From Meyerozyma guilliermondii (lineage: Eukaryota): a stretch of 64,000 nucleotides of DNA. The position numbers and the translations under genes are program-made. Below are positions 21,381-32,172 of this stretch, piece by piece. The notes beneath the pieces were generated by a model. It was not told the DNA's origin. It was given only the letters and a program-made list of their open reading frames with translations, and did not search any database. The stretch is taken from contig CP128818.1 of NCBI GenBank assembly GCA_051546255.1, forward strand, positions 1,178,001 to 1,242,000, in the 5' to 3' direction. The first letter of the stretch is position 1; each line of letters begins with the position of its first letter.

Positions 21381-22631
21381 CTACAACACCAAGTAAATCA
21401 CCGACAACAATCCCAACACCGTGGATCCCACCTTGACTACGTTTCCGGCTGCCTCGTAAGAGGAAACAGCTGGAACTGGAGGTGCAGTGGAAGTGCTTGT
21501 CTTACCGACTGAGGGCAGTTGGGTGACGATATTATTGGTGATAACATTCACTGTGGTGAACTCCTCTGGGGTAGCCGTGACTGGAGCTGGAGGAGCAGTT
21601 GAAATGGTGGTCAATGGAGTGGCGGTGGTTGGTTTGACTGGACAATAAGTGGTGTAAGCTGTGACATGGTCATCGATGGTGGTTGTGACCACAGTGACAC
21701 CAGTGGTGTGGGTAGCCTTGGAACACTTGTTTTGGTTGCAAGAAGTGATGGTGACCAAGGTGGTGTGGTAGTCTGTCAAAGTGGACTTTGTTTCAGGTTT
21801 GGCTGAAGTAGCTGAAGTTTTAGCTGAAGTAGTCTCAGACTTTGGAGCCTTGGTTTGGGTAGCGGGAGTCTCTGTGAGAGGACAGTAGGTGGTGACCACA
21901 GTCTCGACGTCGTTGATGGTGGTGGTGTAAGTCGACAAAGTCTCGGGCTCGGAGGTTAAGTAGCAGGGTTTCTCAGCAGGGCAAACGGTGTGAATAACGT
22001 GGATGGTGGAAGCGACGGTTTCGGTGGAAACAGCAGAAGCTGAACCAGACGCTGAACCAGAACCAGCGACAGCTTTGGTGTGAGTGGTTGCTTCTGTGGC
22101 TTTAGTAGCTTCAGTTGCTTCAGTAGCTTCGGCTTCGGTAGTTCCCGTAGCATCGACGGCTGTGGTCTCGGTTGGAGTAACAGGAACCGCCGTGGTGATC
22201 ACCGTCAAGATTCCGTCAACGGTGGTGGTTATGGTGGTGGACGACTCGAGCTCGGTGGTCACATAGCAGTTGGAGTAGACGTCACAAACCGTCTTGGTGG
22301 TTTCAAAGATGTCATCATCGGTGTAGGTGTCGTAGGCGTAAATGGTGGATCTGACCTTGGTCAGCGAAGAAGCCAAGGTTGGAGCAGCTGAAACCAAAGC
22401 TGAGTCCGAGACTGAGTCGGAAACAACCGAAGTGGGCACAGTAGGCACGGCAGCAGCTCTGGTGGAATTGGTAAAGTGAAAGCTGGAAGGAGCAAGTTCA
22501 ACAGAAGAAGCAGAACATCCAACGGTACAAATACTGGTAGAAACTATGGTGGGCAAGGACAGGTCGGAGGACAGGTCGGCCAAGGAGGTTGAAGCAGCAC
22601 TCAAAAGTGCAAATGCCAACGACAATTTCAT
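21381..22631 (-). CDS. Ser/Thr-rich GPI-anchored cell-wall protein/adhesin with flocculin type-3 repeats
   Basis: Signal peptide; TTYCP and TTLVTITSC motifs; TEA repeats; SYEAAG followed by a hydrophobic tail. Confidence 0.85.
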   Translation of the reverse strand: MKLSLAFALLSAASTSLADLSSDLSLPTIVSTSICTVGCSASSVELAPSSFHFTNSTRAAAVPTVPTSVVSDSVSDSALVSAAPTLASSLTKVRSTIYAYDTYTDDDIFETTKTVCDVYSNCYVTTELESSTTITTTVDGILTVITTAVPVTPTETTAVDATGTTEAEATEATEATKATEATTHTKAVAGSGSASGSASAVSTETVASTIHVIHTVCPAEKPCYLTSEPETLSTYTTTINDVETVVTTYCPLTETPATQTKAPKSETTSAKTSATSAKPETKSTLTDYHTTLVTITSCNQNKCSKATHTTGVTVVTTTIDDHVTAYTTYCPVKPTTATPLTTISTAPPAPVTATPEEFTTVNVITNNIVTQLPSVGKTSTSTAPPVPAVSSYEAAGNVVKVGSTVLGLLSVIYLVL

Positions 22632-23407
22632 AGTTGCAAAAAGATGACCAGGTTTGGGGACTCATCGAGGTTATATAGTGGGTCCAGATTCGAGGTTCTG
22701 CGTCATCAGATCAAGCGTATATGCTGGTCCACGCTACTAACGGCTGGTTTTGGGCTCAGACCGTAGAAGAATCCGCTTGTTGTGCCGTATTGGGAACATT
22801 GGCAGCTGGTGATGTCCCGATTCGATTCGCAGCCAGCGCTCGCGCATTGACAGCTCCAGCCACCGCTGTGTGCAGGACGAAAAAATTGAAGAACAATCAG
22901 AGACAATTGAAAAGAGATAAAGATTGAGATGCACGACTCACAGTGATGACGCACAGTTAATGGAGATGGGGGAGGATGATCTGATTCTTAATTGTTGTGT
23001 ATTGTTCGCTGATCTGAGAATGGATCGGTTATATACAGGAACAAATACCAAATGACAATTGACTATCTAACAATGAAGTAGCGATGGAATGGCGGATACG
23101 GTGGTTTAGTGGTGTCAGTGTCTCATTGTGGCTTTTTGGTTTTGTACCGACCAAAAAATCGAAAAAATGAAAAATGAAATTTGTACGTTTTTGCAGCCAC
23201 TGAAGACATTGGAGAAGTACATATTGTACAATGAAATAGAAGATACCACAACAACTCTATACAAAGATTCATTATTTGAGTTCAGCTAGAGAAGTATACT
23301 GCAATAAATGGATATGATAATTGGCTAGTTATAATTGACTATTTGGTTCCAGTTTCCATCCACATTCGTCGTTATTGCAACTTTTCTTTTTCTCGTAATT
23401 CTTCTTA

Positions 23408-24040
23408 CTATTCTTTCTTTCCGTAATTGCTCTGAAAGTCTGCCGCGGTGGTGACATGGGCACGGCCAGGCAACAATTTCTGCATCACAGTGTCGTGGAT
23501 TTCCTGGTCGCGATCAGCACAAGCATCGCTAATCACAGTGGTAACAAAGTCCAACTCAGTAGCCAGAATTCCAGTTCTTAACACACAATTGGAACTGCTT
23601 ATTCCAGTGAGAATAAGTGACTTGATCCCATTCTTTTGCAAGTGTTCACGAATATCCGATGGGGTAAGTGCAGAAATCAAACCCGGTCTTCTCGTGAACC
23701 TTGGTTCATTTCCGGCTCCTTCCAACAATTGTGGAGCTTCTACAGATCCACCGGACTGCTTAATAGTAGCTAGAAAGCCACTCAACATCTTGGCTCCTCT
23801 GTAACTTGGCAAAGGCTGAAGCTCTTCATCAATGAGTGCGTGAATCACATGAATTCCTTGAGACTTGGCCCAAGATCGCAAATTAGTTGCATTTTCCAAA
23901 GCGGTTGCAGCACCCCCAGCCATTCCCAAAAAAGCACTGTGGAAGTCTAAGAGAAGTAATGCTGTCTCCGAAGGCTTATAATAGCTTGGTGACGATGGGT
24001 CGGTGGAATTGAACTCAATGGCTGGAATTGGAAGTGACAT
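23408..24040 (-). CDS. Isochorismatase-family cysteine hydrolase
   Basis: TALLLLDFH, GIKSLILTGISSSNCVLRT and VISDACAD motifs. Confidence 0.85.
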   Translation of the reverse strand: MSLPIPAIEFNSTDPSSPSYYKPSETALLLLDFHSAFLGMAGGAATALENATNLRSWAKSQGIHVIHALIDEELQPLPSYRGAKMLSGFLATIKQSGGSVEAPQLLEGAGNEPRFTRRPGLISALTPSDIREHLQKNGIKSLILTGISSSNCVLRTGILATELDFVTTVISDACADRDQEIHDTVMQKLLPGRAHVTTAADFQSNYGKKE

Positions 24041-24112
24041 GAAAGATTTGAGAGGTTGTGGAATGTGTTGTCTTCATTGGCATTTTATACCATGAACGGC
24101 TGTAGCTCGGAG

Positions 24113-24132
24113 ATGCTCGGTCGACCGAGCAT
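24113..24132. promoter_or_regulatory. Perfect 20-bp palindrome containing CGG-N4-CCG, candidate Zn2Cys6 site
   Basis: ATGCTCGGTCGACCGAGCAT, inside a CGG/CCG-rich patch at 24105-24175. Confidence 0.55.
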
Positions 24133-24871
24133 TCGGCTCCGCACACGGTCCGAGGTGGTTCCGAAGGGTCGGGTCACGTGAACAACCAATTGTCCATATT
24201 ACTTTGAGAAGAGTGCTTGCTTATATAAGGCAAACTCATGGATTGCATATAGGATAAATCCATCTTGCGTATAACAACATGTGGCCTCCTTTTTCTTCAT
24301 CCATTCTGAAAGTTTGAACAAACAAAGTCAGCAGTATTTTGTTCAAGTTGAATGCAAAAGCCAATAACAAGCAAAATCTTTCAAACTTGATAAATGAAGT
24401 AAAGAAATAGTCGGAGATTCGGACTTAAGATTTGACAGCTTTGACACTTTTGACAGCTAAATTGTTTTGACTTATTTGTCATTATTTATAATCTTGAAGA
24501 CATTGAACGTAAATCACAGTTTACTGAACGTGTCAATGGTTGTAAGAACGTTCCAAAGAAGCACAACAAACCCGAAATCGGTACTTCCGCTATCTCCGTG
24601 AAGTGGTATGGTTTCTAACCAAATAGGAGTTCATCGAAAATTCAGTAAACACAATTTACTTCTTGAATCCATGGCAATTTCAAGGCTTCTATCCTAAATT
24701 TAATCGTCTGGTTTCCTGGAACTTACGTTTAAGCCCATTTTTCAGTATTTCAAGAACCCACAAAACCATGATAAATTAATCATTTGCCACATTTTCACTT
24801 GATTTTCACCTCATTAGGTGGCGATAATATGACAGGCTATAAATACCACACCAATTCACTTCAAATTCATC

Positions 24872-25840
24872 ATGACAGTCAAAGCCTTATTTTCAACTCC
24901 CTCCTCCGAGCCTTATTTTAAAGACATAGAATTACCACCTCCAAAAGACCATGAAGTTACTGTGCAATTGCTTGCGGTAGGATATAACCACTTGGCCAAG
25001 GCAAGAGCAAGAGGGGCACACTACACGGCGTCCAAGGATGAAACCATAGTTGGAATTGATGGTGTGGGAAAAGTGAAGGGAACTGGTGAATTGGTGTATT
25101 TCATCTCAATGGGTGGAACTTATGCTCAAGAGTTGAACGTTCCTAAGGCAGCACTCTACCCATTGCCAGCGAACTCCAGTGAGGAAGACATCGACCGAGT
25201 GATTGCCTTGGCTAATAGTGCTTTTGCATCGGCCAATGCTTTCAGCAACAGAATAGACAATGTTCCTGAAAATGCCTCTATGGCAATATTGGGTGTTACT
25301 GGTACTTCTGGAAGACTCGCAATTCAAGTGGCTAAGAATATGTTTGGCGTGAAAACAGTAATTGGAATTGGAAGGTCGCAGACAAAGTTGGAGCAGCTCA
25401 AGAAGGACGAGCCATTGTTGGACGATGTGATTTGTCTTGGAAAAAGCGATGAAAGTATCATTTCCAGTGGAAAATTAAGCGACGTCGATATAGTTTTCGA
25501 TTTGGTTTGGGGAGATTCTGCCTCGAGAATTTTGAATGCTGCCGTAAAGTCAAAGATTGTACCTCATAAACGGTTGATTTGGGTGCAAACCGGACAAATT
25601 GGCGGTGATAAAGCCGATATTTCTCCTATGGCATTGAGACTGACCAACTTGGTGATTGTTGGAAGTGGATTCGGACCCCAGCCTTTCTCTGAAATTGTGA
25701 AACTCACCAAGGTACTTGTTGAAAAATTAGCAGATGGAACAATTGGAAAGGGTGTTCCTTATAAGCCATTGCCCTTTGACACTGCAGATAAGAGATGGAA
25801 CGATGACCTTGGAGACGAAAGGGTGTATTTCAAGTTTTAG
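24872..25840 (+). CDS. Medium-chain dehydrogenase/reductase (quinone-oxidoreductase-like, Zn-independent)
   Basis: GIDGVG GroES-fold motif, ILGVTGTSG Rossmann motif, DVDIVFDLVWG. Confidence 0.8.
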   Translation: MTVKALFSTPSSEPYFKDIELPPPKDHEVTVQLLAVGYNHLAKARARGAHYTASKDETIVGIDGVGKVKGTGELVYFISMGGTYAQELNVPKAALYPLPANSSEEDIDRVIALANSAFASANAFSNRIDNVPENASMAILGVTGTSGRLAIQVAKNMFGVKTVIGIGRSQTKLEQLKKDEPLLDDVICLGKSDESIISSGKLSDVDIVFDLVWGDSASRILNAAVKSKIVPHKRLIWVQTGQIGGDKADISPMALRLTNLVIVGSGFGPQPFSEIVKLTKVLVEKLADGTIGKGVPYKPLPFDTADKRWNDDLGDERVYFKF

Positions 25841-26098
25841 GAGGTAGCAGCAATCTCTGTAGATATTTTTATGATAAATTTCAATGCAATAAAATGAATG
25901 TAGTGTTACAGAAATGTAACATGAATATTGAATAAATATAAAAAAGAGAAGTGGAACCGAAATTAGTCTTCAAGCCAAACACCCTTCTGTAGCAAATCTC
26001 TGATGGTAACAATTGTGAGTCTGTACCCTACTTATCGAATTCTCTTCATCAATTGTCACGTGAGCGCTCATGAAATTATCTTTTTCATCAGTCCCTGT

Positions 26099-27010
26099 AT
26101 GTTTCTTTGGCTTATCTTTGTCGTAGCGGCATGGGCACTGTCTGCCATCGAGCTCAATGACGACACTTTTATAGGTTCACTTCTTTCGACAAATTATACA
26201 TTGGTTTATTTTTATCGAGATCATTGCAAATATTGCCAAGAATTCAGCAGCGATTATGAGTATTTGTCGCTCCTTTATAACGGTAATGACACTTCTGGGT
26301 TCCAAATTGTAAAAATTAACGGAGCCAAGAACATGCGTGCCAATTCATTGTTCAAAGTGGATCGATATCCCACACTAAAAATGTACCATAACTCCACTTC
26401 TGAGATTGTCACGTTTCAACAGCAACGATTATTCGAAGCTATAGTGGACTTTATAGGCTACCAAGTACCTGGAATTGAGCCAGACTACACCAAGTTCAAA
26501 TCCCAGGTGCCCATGTTGCCAGGAAATACAATCGAAGAAGATTTGACCAACACCTTGGTAATTTTCATGCTGCCAAATATGGACGGATGGGAAGATTTTG
26601 GTCGCCCCAACCATTTCATGGAGCGTGCTGCTGCTTCACAAAATTATAAAAACGTCAAGTTTGCAGTAGTGGACATTTTTGACCAAAAGAGCGATTTGCA
26701 ACAAAAATACCTTGTCAGTAATTTCCCATCAGCCATTTATTTTGGCACCAATGGACGATTCAAGGTCCTTGACACTTACTCCACCAATCCAGATAGCCGT
26801 TTGGAGGAGCAGGAGCTCTTGGGTTTCTTGAATAGCTTGCAAAACGAAGATGGCTGGTTTGAAAATTGTGACCAATTGGCTCAGGTTATTGAAAATTCCA
26901 AGTACGAAGGCCACAAGTACCACCGCCCAGGCTTCAATATGGTCCAGGACCGCTTCGAAAACGACCATGACCCCGAATATGACGACATTCTCGAACATTT
27001 GGAATTATAG
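26099..27010 (+). CDS. ER thioredoxin-fold/PDI-related protein
   Basis: Signal peptide from ATG 26099; CKYC active-site motif; FKVDRYPTLK; second redox-inactive Trx-like domain; C-terminal HLEL. Confidence 0.75.
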   Translation: MFLWLIFVVAAWALSAIELNDDTFIGSLLSTNYTLVYFYRDHCKYCQEFSSDYEYLSLLYNGNDTSGFQIVKINGAKNMRANSLFKVDRYPTLKMYHNSTSEIVTFQQQRLFEAIVDFIGYQVPGIEPDYTKFKSQVPMLPGNTIEEDLTNTLVIFMLPNMDGWEDFGRPNHFMERAAASQNYKNVKFAVVDIFDQKSDLQQKYLVSNFPSAIYFGTNGRFKVLDTYSTNPDSRLEEQELLGFLNSLQNEDGWFENCDQLAQVIENSKYEGHKYHRPGFNMVQDRFENDHDPEYDDILEHLEL

Positions 27011-27097
27011 TCTTTCTGTCAGGTACTGCATATAACCCGTCTTGCTCGACTTGCAAAATGAAACTGGTAAATCTCACCAAAAACATCCACGTCAAGC

Positions 27098-27736
27098 ATG
27101 AACATATTTCGGTTTTTCGGAGATCTAAGCCATCTCGCGAGCATTTTCATCCTCCTCTACTCCATAGAGCTCCACAAATCAACAAAAGGGTTGTCATTGA
27201 AAACCCAATCTTTGTATGCGCTCGTATTTGTCACTCGTTATATGGACCTTTTCACCCACTATGTATCGTTGTACAATTTGTTGATGAAAATCTTCTTTCT
27301 TGGTTCCAGTGTGTACACCGTGTACGTTATGGCTGGAAAGTACCGAAAGCAAACCGAATTGACCGTAGATACATTTCCAGTGCGGTATTTGGTGGGAGGA
27401 GCATTTGTGGGGTCGTTGGTTTTGACATACAAATACACCTTTAGTGAAATTAGGTGGTCGTTTTCGTTGTGGTTGGAAGCTGTGGCCATTCTTCCCCAGT
27501 TGTACATACTCCAAAGAACCGGTGAGGCCGAAAATATCACCTCTCATTACATCTTCGCATTGGGGTTATACCGGGCACTCTACATTCCCAACTGGATATA
27601 CCGTTATTTCGCCGACGACAAGTTCGATTACATCTCATTCTTGGCCGGGTTGTTACAAACTGCGGTATACTCAGACTTCTTTTATATCTACTACACCCGG
27701 GTGATGCAGGGAAAGAAGTTCCAGTTGCCAGTATAG
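27098..27736 (+). CDS. ERD2: HDEL receptor
   Basis: MNIFRFFGDLSHL, LEAVAILPQL, ALGLYRALYIPNW and YSDFFYIY motifs. Confidence 0.96.
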   Translation: MNIFRFFGDLSHLASIFILLYSIELHKSTKGLSLKTQSLYALVFVTRYMDLFTHYVSLYNLLMKIFFLGSSVYTVYVMAGKYRKQTELTVDTFPVRYLVGGAFVGSLVLTYKYTFSEIRWSFSLWLEAVAILPQLYILQRTGEAENITSHYIFALGLYRALYIPNWIYRYFADDKFDYISFLAGLLQTAVYSDFFYIYYTRVMQGKKFQLPV

Positions 27737-27741
27737 TACGT

Positions 27742-28470
27742 TCAATCACGCTTCAATGGGAAATACTCGGTACGCACCCCCTCTTTGGTGACAATCAAGA
27801 TCTCCAATCCGTCACCCACGTATATATGTCTCTCGGTAGCAGACGTAAATGCATCCCTAACCAATTGTATCACCTCCTCCAACGACAAATACCTCAACTC
27901 CTTCTTCTTTTTACCATCACTTCCAGGTACATATTGATTCTTAAAGTTCACCTGGTTATCCAAGAACGGCATGATCAAACTGGCAGCAGCTCCTCCTGCT
28001 CTACATTGCTCTCGTTCATAAGATCCTACTGGGTCATAAGAGTAAACTGCACCGCGACCCTCGTCATCAAGACCAGCAATTAACGTACTGACATAGTAGG
28101 GGAAAAACCTCTTTCCATATAACAAATGCTGAATGTAACGAGCCGCGCTCAGAATTGACAATCGTTTACCGTTATGATCAAACTTGTACCACTTGAGAGA
28201 ATTACGAAACCGATCGATGAGCGCAGCTCCATCAGCATCGAATCCATTGGCGGTCATAACAATGTTGTCTCCCACGTCGAATACTCGTGGTTCATACCGA
28301 GTATTGATGGAATAGCCAACAACTTGACGAGTATCTCCTGCTAAAACGGCAAAATCTTCGCCGGCAATTCCTAGCACTGTACCTCCATTATCAGAGTAGG
28401 GGTTGAATCTGTGCTCAATGGGCACGGAATGGCGTTCTGCCGAATATTCAGAAGCAACAGTGGCGTTCAT
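27742..28470 (-). CDS. PRE7: 20S proteasome subunit beta-6
   Basis: FNPYSDNGGT, YGKRFFPYYV and ATERHIYVGDG motifs; ATG at 28470. Confidence 0.96.
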   Translation of the reverse strand: MNATVASEYSAERHSVPIEHRFNPYSDNGGTVLGIAGEDFAVLAGDTRQVVGYSINTRYEPRVFDVGDNIVMTANGFDADGAALIDRFRNSLKWYKFDHNGKRLSILSAARYIQHLLYGKRFFPYYVSTLIAGLDDEGRGAVYSYDPVGSYEREQCRAGGAAASLIMPFLDNQVNFKNQYVPGSDGKKKKELRYLSLEEVIQLVRDAFTSATERHIYVGDGLEILIVTKEGVRTEYFPLKRD

Positions 28471-28860
28471 GTTACGGACGAATATGGTGGAGATGAACGT
28501 CGCCACTCTGCGTGAGGTGGGTCGGTGGTGTTTGGATGCGGAATTTGAAGAGGAAATGGAAGACGAGAAAAAGGGAAAATGACTCCTTAAATAGATAGTG
28601 GGTGGCTGCCAAAATATGCAGAAGCAAGATTGGAAGTTGGTTGTTGTCAAGCACGAGTTCCGGTCAACCACATGCGCTTACTGTATGTTATGTGCAGTAC
28701 CCCAGATTAGGCTGCCAAAGAATATAAATTGGAGCCCCCTGCTACATATAATTACTTTTTAGCTATTCAATTCAATATACTAAAAGGAGAGTACTTTTTT
28801 GAAAAGCGGTTTACAAGTTGTCCTGGTTTCTTTATACAGTTCCATTGAGTCCTATGTACA

Positions 28861-29148
28861 CTATTTGTTAGCTTGGATGCGTGCTATGTAAGTTTTCGAA
28901 ATCACGTTCCACGATCTCATGTATTTTTCCATGCATTGGGTCAAACAACCTTCGTCGTTGTTGCTCAAAGAAGCTCCTGGTTGACCGATGCATTTGTCAA
29001 AACAGTTTTGGGTGATGTTGTTCACCAATTCGGTGGCATTTGCAACTGCAAGTTCTTGAGCGATTTGTTCTTGGATCTGCAGTTTGACCGATGAGGCAGA
29101 TGCGGGTGGTGCTGGAGTTTTGGGGGTGGTGCTACCGAACAAGGCCAT
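28861..29148 (-). CDS. TIM13: Mitochondrial intermembrane-space small Tim chaperone
   Basis: Twin CX3C (CFDKC, CLTQC), [13 protein letters not shown] and [12 protein letters not shown]. Confidence 0.93.
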   Translation of the reverse strand: MALFGSTTPKTPAPPASASSVKLQIQEQIAQELAVANATELVNNITQNCFDKCIGQPGASLSNNDEGCLTQCMEKYMRSWNVISKTYIARIQANK

Positions 29149-29934
29149 GATTTCAAAGAAATCTCAAAAAATTGAATCGTGAAAACGTCATCGCGAAATG
29201 TCGCAATGTTGAAGGAAGAAGCAAGATAAGCCAGATCAGGATCGGGTGAATGTGGAGAAGGTAGATGGCGTGAGGACTTTTCTGCAAGCACAATGGAATG
29301 GCGTGGTGCTTTACTGTAACTTTGCTCAACTTTAAAAGTGGTGTTCTTGAAAAAAATCATCAATTTTGATCAAGGGAGTATTTTTCCAGAATCAGTATTT
29401 CAGAAAGAAACAGAGGTTTGCCCCAACGAAGCATCATGTTACTGTTCGAGGTCCAGTTAGCCGCCGTGAAATCAATCTAGGTGTAATATTTTTTTTTTCA
29501 CAAGACTTTGAGCTGACGACATAATTTCGATGCCACACCAAGTCATGACAACCAAAGTTTTTGTTGCAACTATGAATGCCACGAAAAGGTGCAATGAAAG
29601 TTGTGCTTAACAACTATACTCGAAAGTTGAAGGGAAAGATTACAGTCTTCTAGCTACCAATCCTCTAGCTTTTTCGAAAATTTGTTAACCTCTTTTCGAA
29701 AATTTCGCAGCCACAGTTCTGCAGAATTGATTAAAACCTTCACAGCTGCATTGGCGGGACTGACGTTTTCAGGCATTGCAAGTTCATAATCTATGCTTTG
29801 ATGGGAAAATATGCAACTCGCGAATTCCAAACGCATGTTCCAGCCTGATTTTCCACCGAAAAGCTTGGCCATCTCGAGCCATAGTATTCAAATATTTAAA
29901 GTGGTTTGATGCCGCTTAGGTGTTATTCTTCTCG

Positions 29935-31668
29935 ATGAGTGAACCTTCGATTGAAAAGAAACAAAGTAGAGTCGAGGTAGACACTATTTCATCTTTTGAG
30001 ACGTACAAAGGGGACTATGATCCAAAAGATATCGAACTATTGGCTCCAGCTTTGGAAATCAAAGATAAGCTTTTCAGTCTAGACAATGTTAGAGAATACT
30101 TCAAGAAGAAAGGACCGGATTACTACGATCAGATAGCTACAAAACGGTCTGTATTTGAGGACCCTGATCCAGAAATTCTGAAAAAGTACTTTCCAACTTC
30201 CAAATGGGAGAACTTTGCTTCGTTTGATCCATATTTCAGATGGACAAGAAGGGAAGACAGGGAAGCAACCAGAAAGTTGGATTTGAAAATCTTGTCCATC
30301 GTGTGTTTTTTGTTTTTCGCTTTAAACGTGGACAGAGGTAACTTTGGAGCCGCGATCGCTGGTGGTATACTTAAAGACTTGAAATTATCCACCGACGATT
30401 TCAATTTGGGAAACAATTTAAGATCCATTGGCTTTATAATAGTGGAAATTCCGTCTCAAATGGTCGGCAAACGATTTGGGCCCGACTGGTGGATGCCGCT
30501 ACAAGTTGTTTTATGGTCTTTCGTTACTTTGTTCCAATTTTTTCTAGCTGGTAGAAAGTCATACTTGGCATTGAGGTTTTTGCTTGGAATTACTCAAGGA
30601 GGCTTTATTGCAGACTCGGTTCAATACCTTTCCTATTATTATACCAGAGACCAAATGGCAATAAGGTTGACTCTCTTTTGGTCGGTGCTTTCGATATCCA
30701 GTATTATAAGCAATTTGATGTCGATTGGCTTGCTACTGATTAACCTGAACGGGAAAGAGGGATGGAGATGGTTATTTCTTTATGAAGGTCTTCTCACCCT
30801 TGTGATTGGAACTGCATCCTTCTTTCTCATGGTTCCTGGACCAACACAAACCAAAACGAAACTTTTTCCCAATGGATATTTTACAGAAAGAGAGGAGAAA
30901 ATTATCGTCAATCGATTGGTGCGTGATGATCCCTCCAAGTCAGATATGCACAATCGCGAAGCTGTCACTTTCAAGCAATTCATTCAGGCGTTGTCAGATT
31001 ACGATACTTGGCCGCTACTTCTCGTTTCGTTGACATTTCTATTACCCCAATTTCCGATGTCCGCCTACATCAATATAATTTTGAGGGGTCTTGGGTTCTC
31101 TCGAAACAAAACGATTTTTCTCAACATTCCCATTGACTTTTTCTACGCGGTGACAATGATAGTCATCTCATTCGCTAGTGAGATATTCAACGAACGGGCA
31201 ATTATCTGTATAATTCCCCAAATATGGATGCTAATACCAATTGCAATCAATTATGCGAGGGCTGATTCCATTCTGGCGTGGGGAAAATATGCCATACTCT
31301 TCGTCGTGCTTTCAGCTCCCAACGTCCAAGGAGTTCTCGTGTCGTGGGTATCACGAACGTCGTATTCTGTCAGAACAAGAACTGTTGCTTCACCAATGTC
31401 CAATATTGGTATCCAGCTTGCTTTAATAGCTGCACAAAACGTGTACCGTAAGGATGATGCTCCGCTTTACCATCGGGGTAACCGAGCTCTTGTGGGTGTC
31501 TGTTGCATGAATATAGTTCTTTTTGCTTTCTGCAAGTTTTACTATATTGCACGGAACAAGTACAAAAGAGGCAAGTGGGAAGCAATGAGCAATTCTGAGA
31601 AACAAGAATACCTCTCCAAGCATCAAGATGATGGAAACAAGAGACTAGATTACCTCTTTGAGCACTGA
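29935..31668 (+). CDS. MFS anion:cation symporter family permease (DAL5/SOA1-like), copy 1
   Basis: DRGNF, EIPSQ, EGWRWLFLYEG, RDDPSKSDMHNR and DDAPLY.RGN motifs; ATG at 29935. Confidence 0.9.
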   Translation: MSEPSIEKKQSRVEVDTISSFETYKGDYDPKDIELLAPALEIKDKLFSLDNVREYFKKKGPDYYDQIATKRSVFEDPDPEILKKYFPTSKWENFASFDPYFRWTRREDREATRKLDLKILSIVCFLFFALNVDRGNFGAAIAGGILKDLKLSTDDFNLGNNLRSIGFIIVEIPSQMVGKRFGPDWWMPLQVVLWSFVTLFQFFLAGRKSYLALRFLLGITQGGFIADSVQYLSYYYTRDQMAIRLTLFWSVLSISSIISNLMSIGLLLINLNGKEGWRWLFLYEGLLTLVIGTASFFLMVPGPTQTKTKLFPNGYFTEREEKIIVNRLVRDDPSKSDMHNREAVTFKQFIQALSDYDTWPLLLVSLTFLLPQFPMSAYINIILRGLGFSRNKTIFLNIPIDFFYAVTMIVISFASEIFNERAIICIIPQIWMLIPIAINYARADSILAWGKYAILFVVLSAPNVQGVLVSWVSRTSYSVRTRTVASPMSNIGIQLALIAAQNVYRKDDAPLYHRGNRALVGVCCMNIVLFAFCKFYYIARNKYKRGKWEAMSNSEKQEYLSKHQDDGNKRLDYLFEH

Positions 31669-32172
31669 ACTAACTTTTTTGTGAAAAAAGCTGTGGCTAA
31701 CTTAAATTTCAGTTGTTTTTTTTGGCTGCAAAGAATTCCGTAAATTTGTGGGTTTCGGCGATTGTCGTTTGGTTTCATACCACATTTTGCGTCTGAGTAG
31801 ACTGTTCGGCTGGAATGGCAGATGTGGTTGAGGCTATCAGCTGAGTTTGAACCAAACTCTATTTAGTGTTTAACTTCAAATTGGTTCTGGAGTCTATGTC
31901 GCCATTTCGAATGAATATTTCCAAAGCAATTGGCTGCCCAATACCATTTGTTGGTCCATTCGTGTCCTTTTACGATTTGCTGACTCCACAGCAAAAATGC
32001 GTGCTATTGCGTTAGCGACAGTGGCTTGACCATTATTAGCAGCCAAAAACACTCGCAACAATGGTTGCGGCTTCGGATTCGGCCGAACGGTATAGCTGTG
32101 GTGAGAAATTGATTTGCAACCACAGTCAATATATAAAGCATTCAGGATGGTTATCAGGATGATCCGTACACA

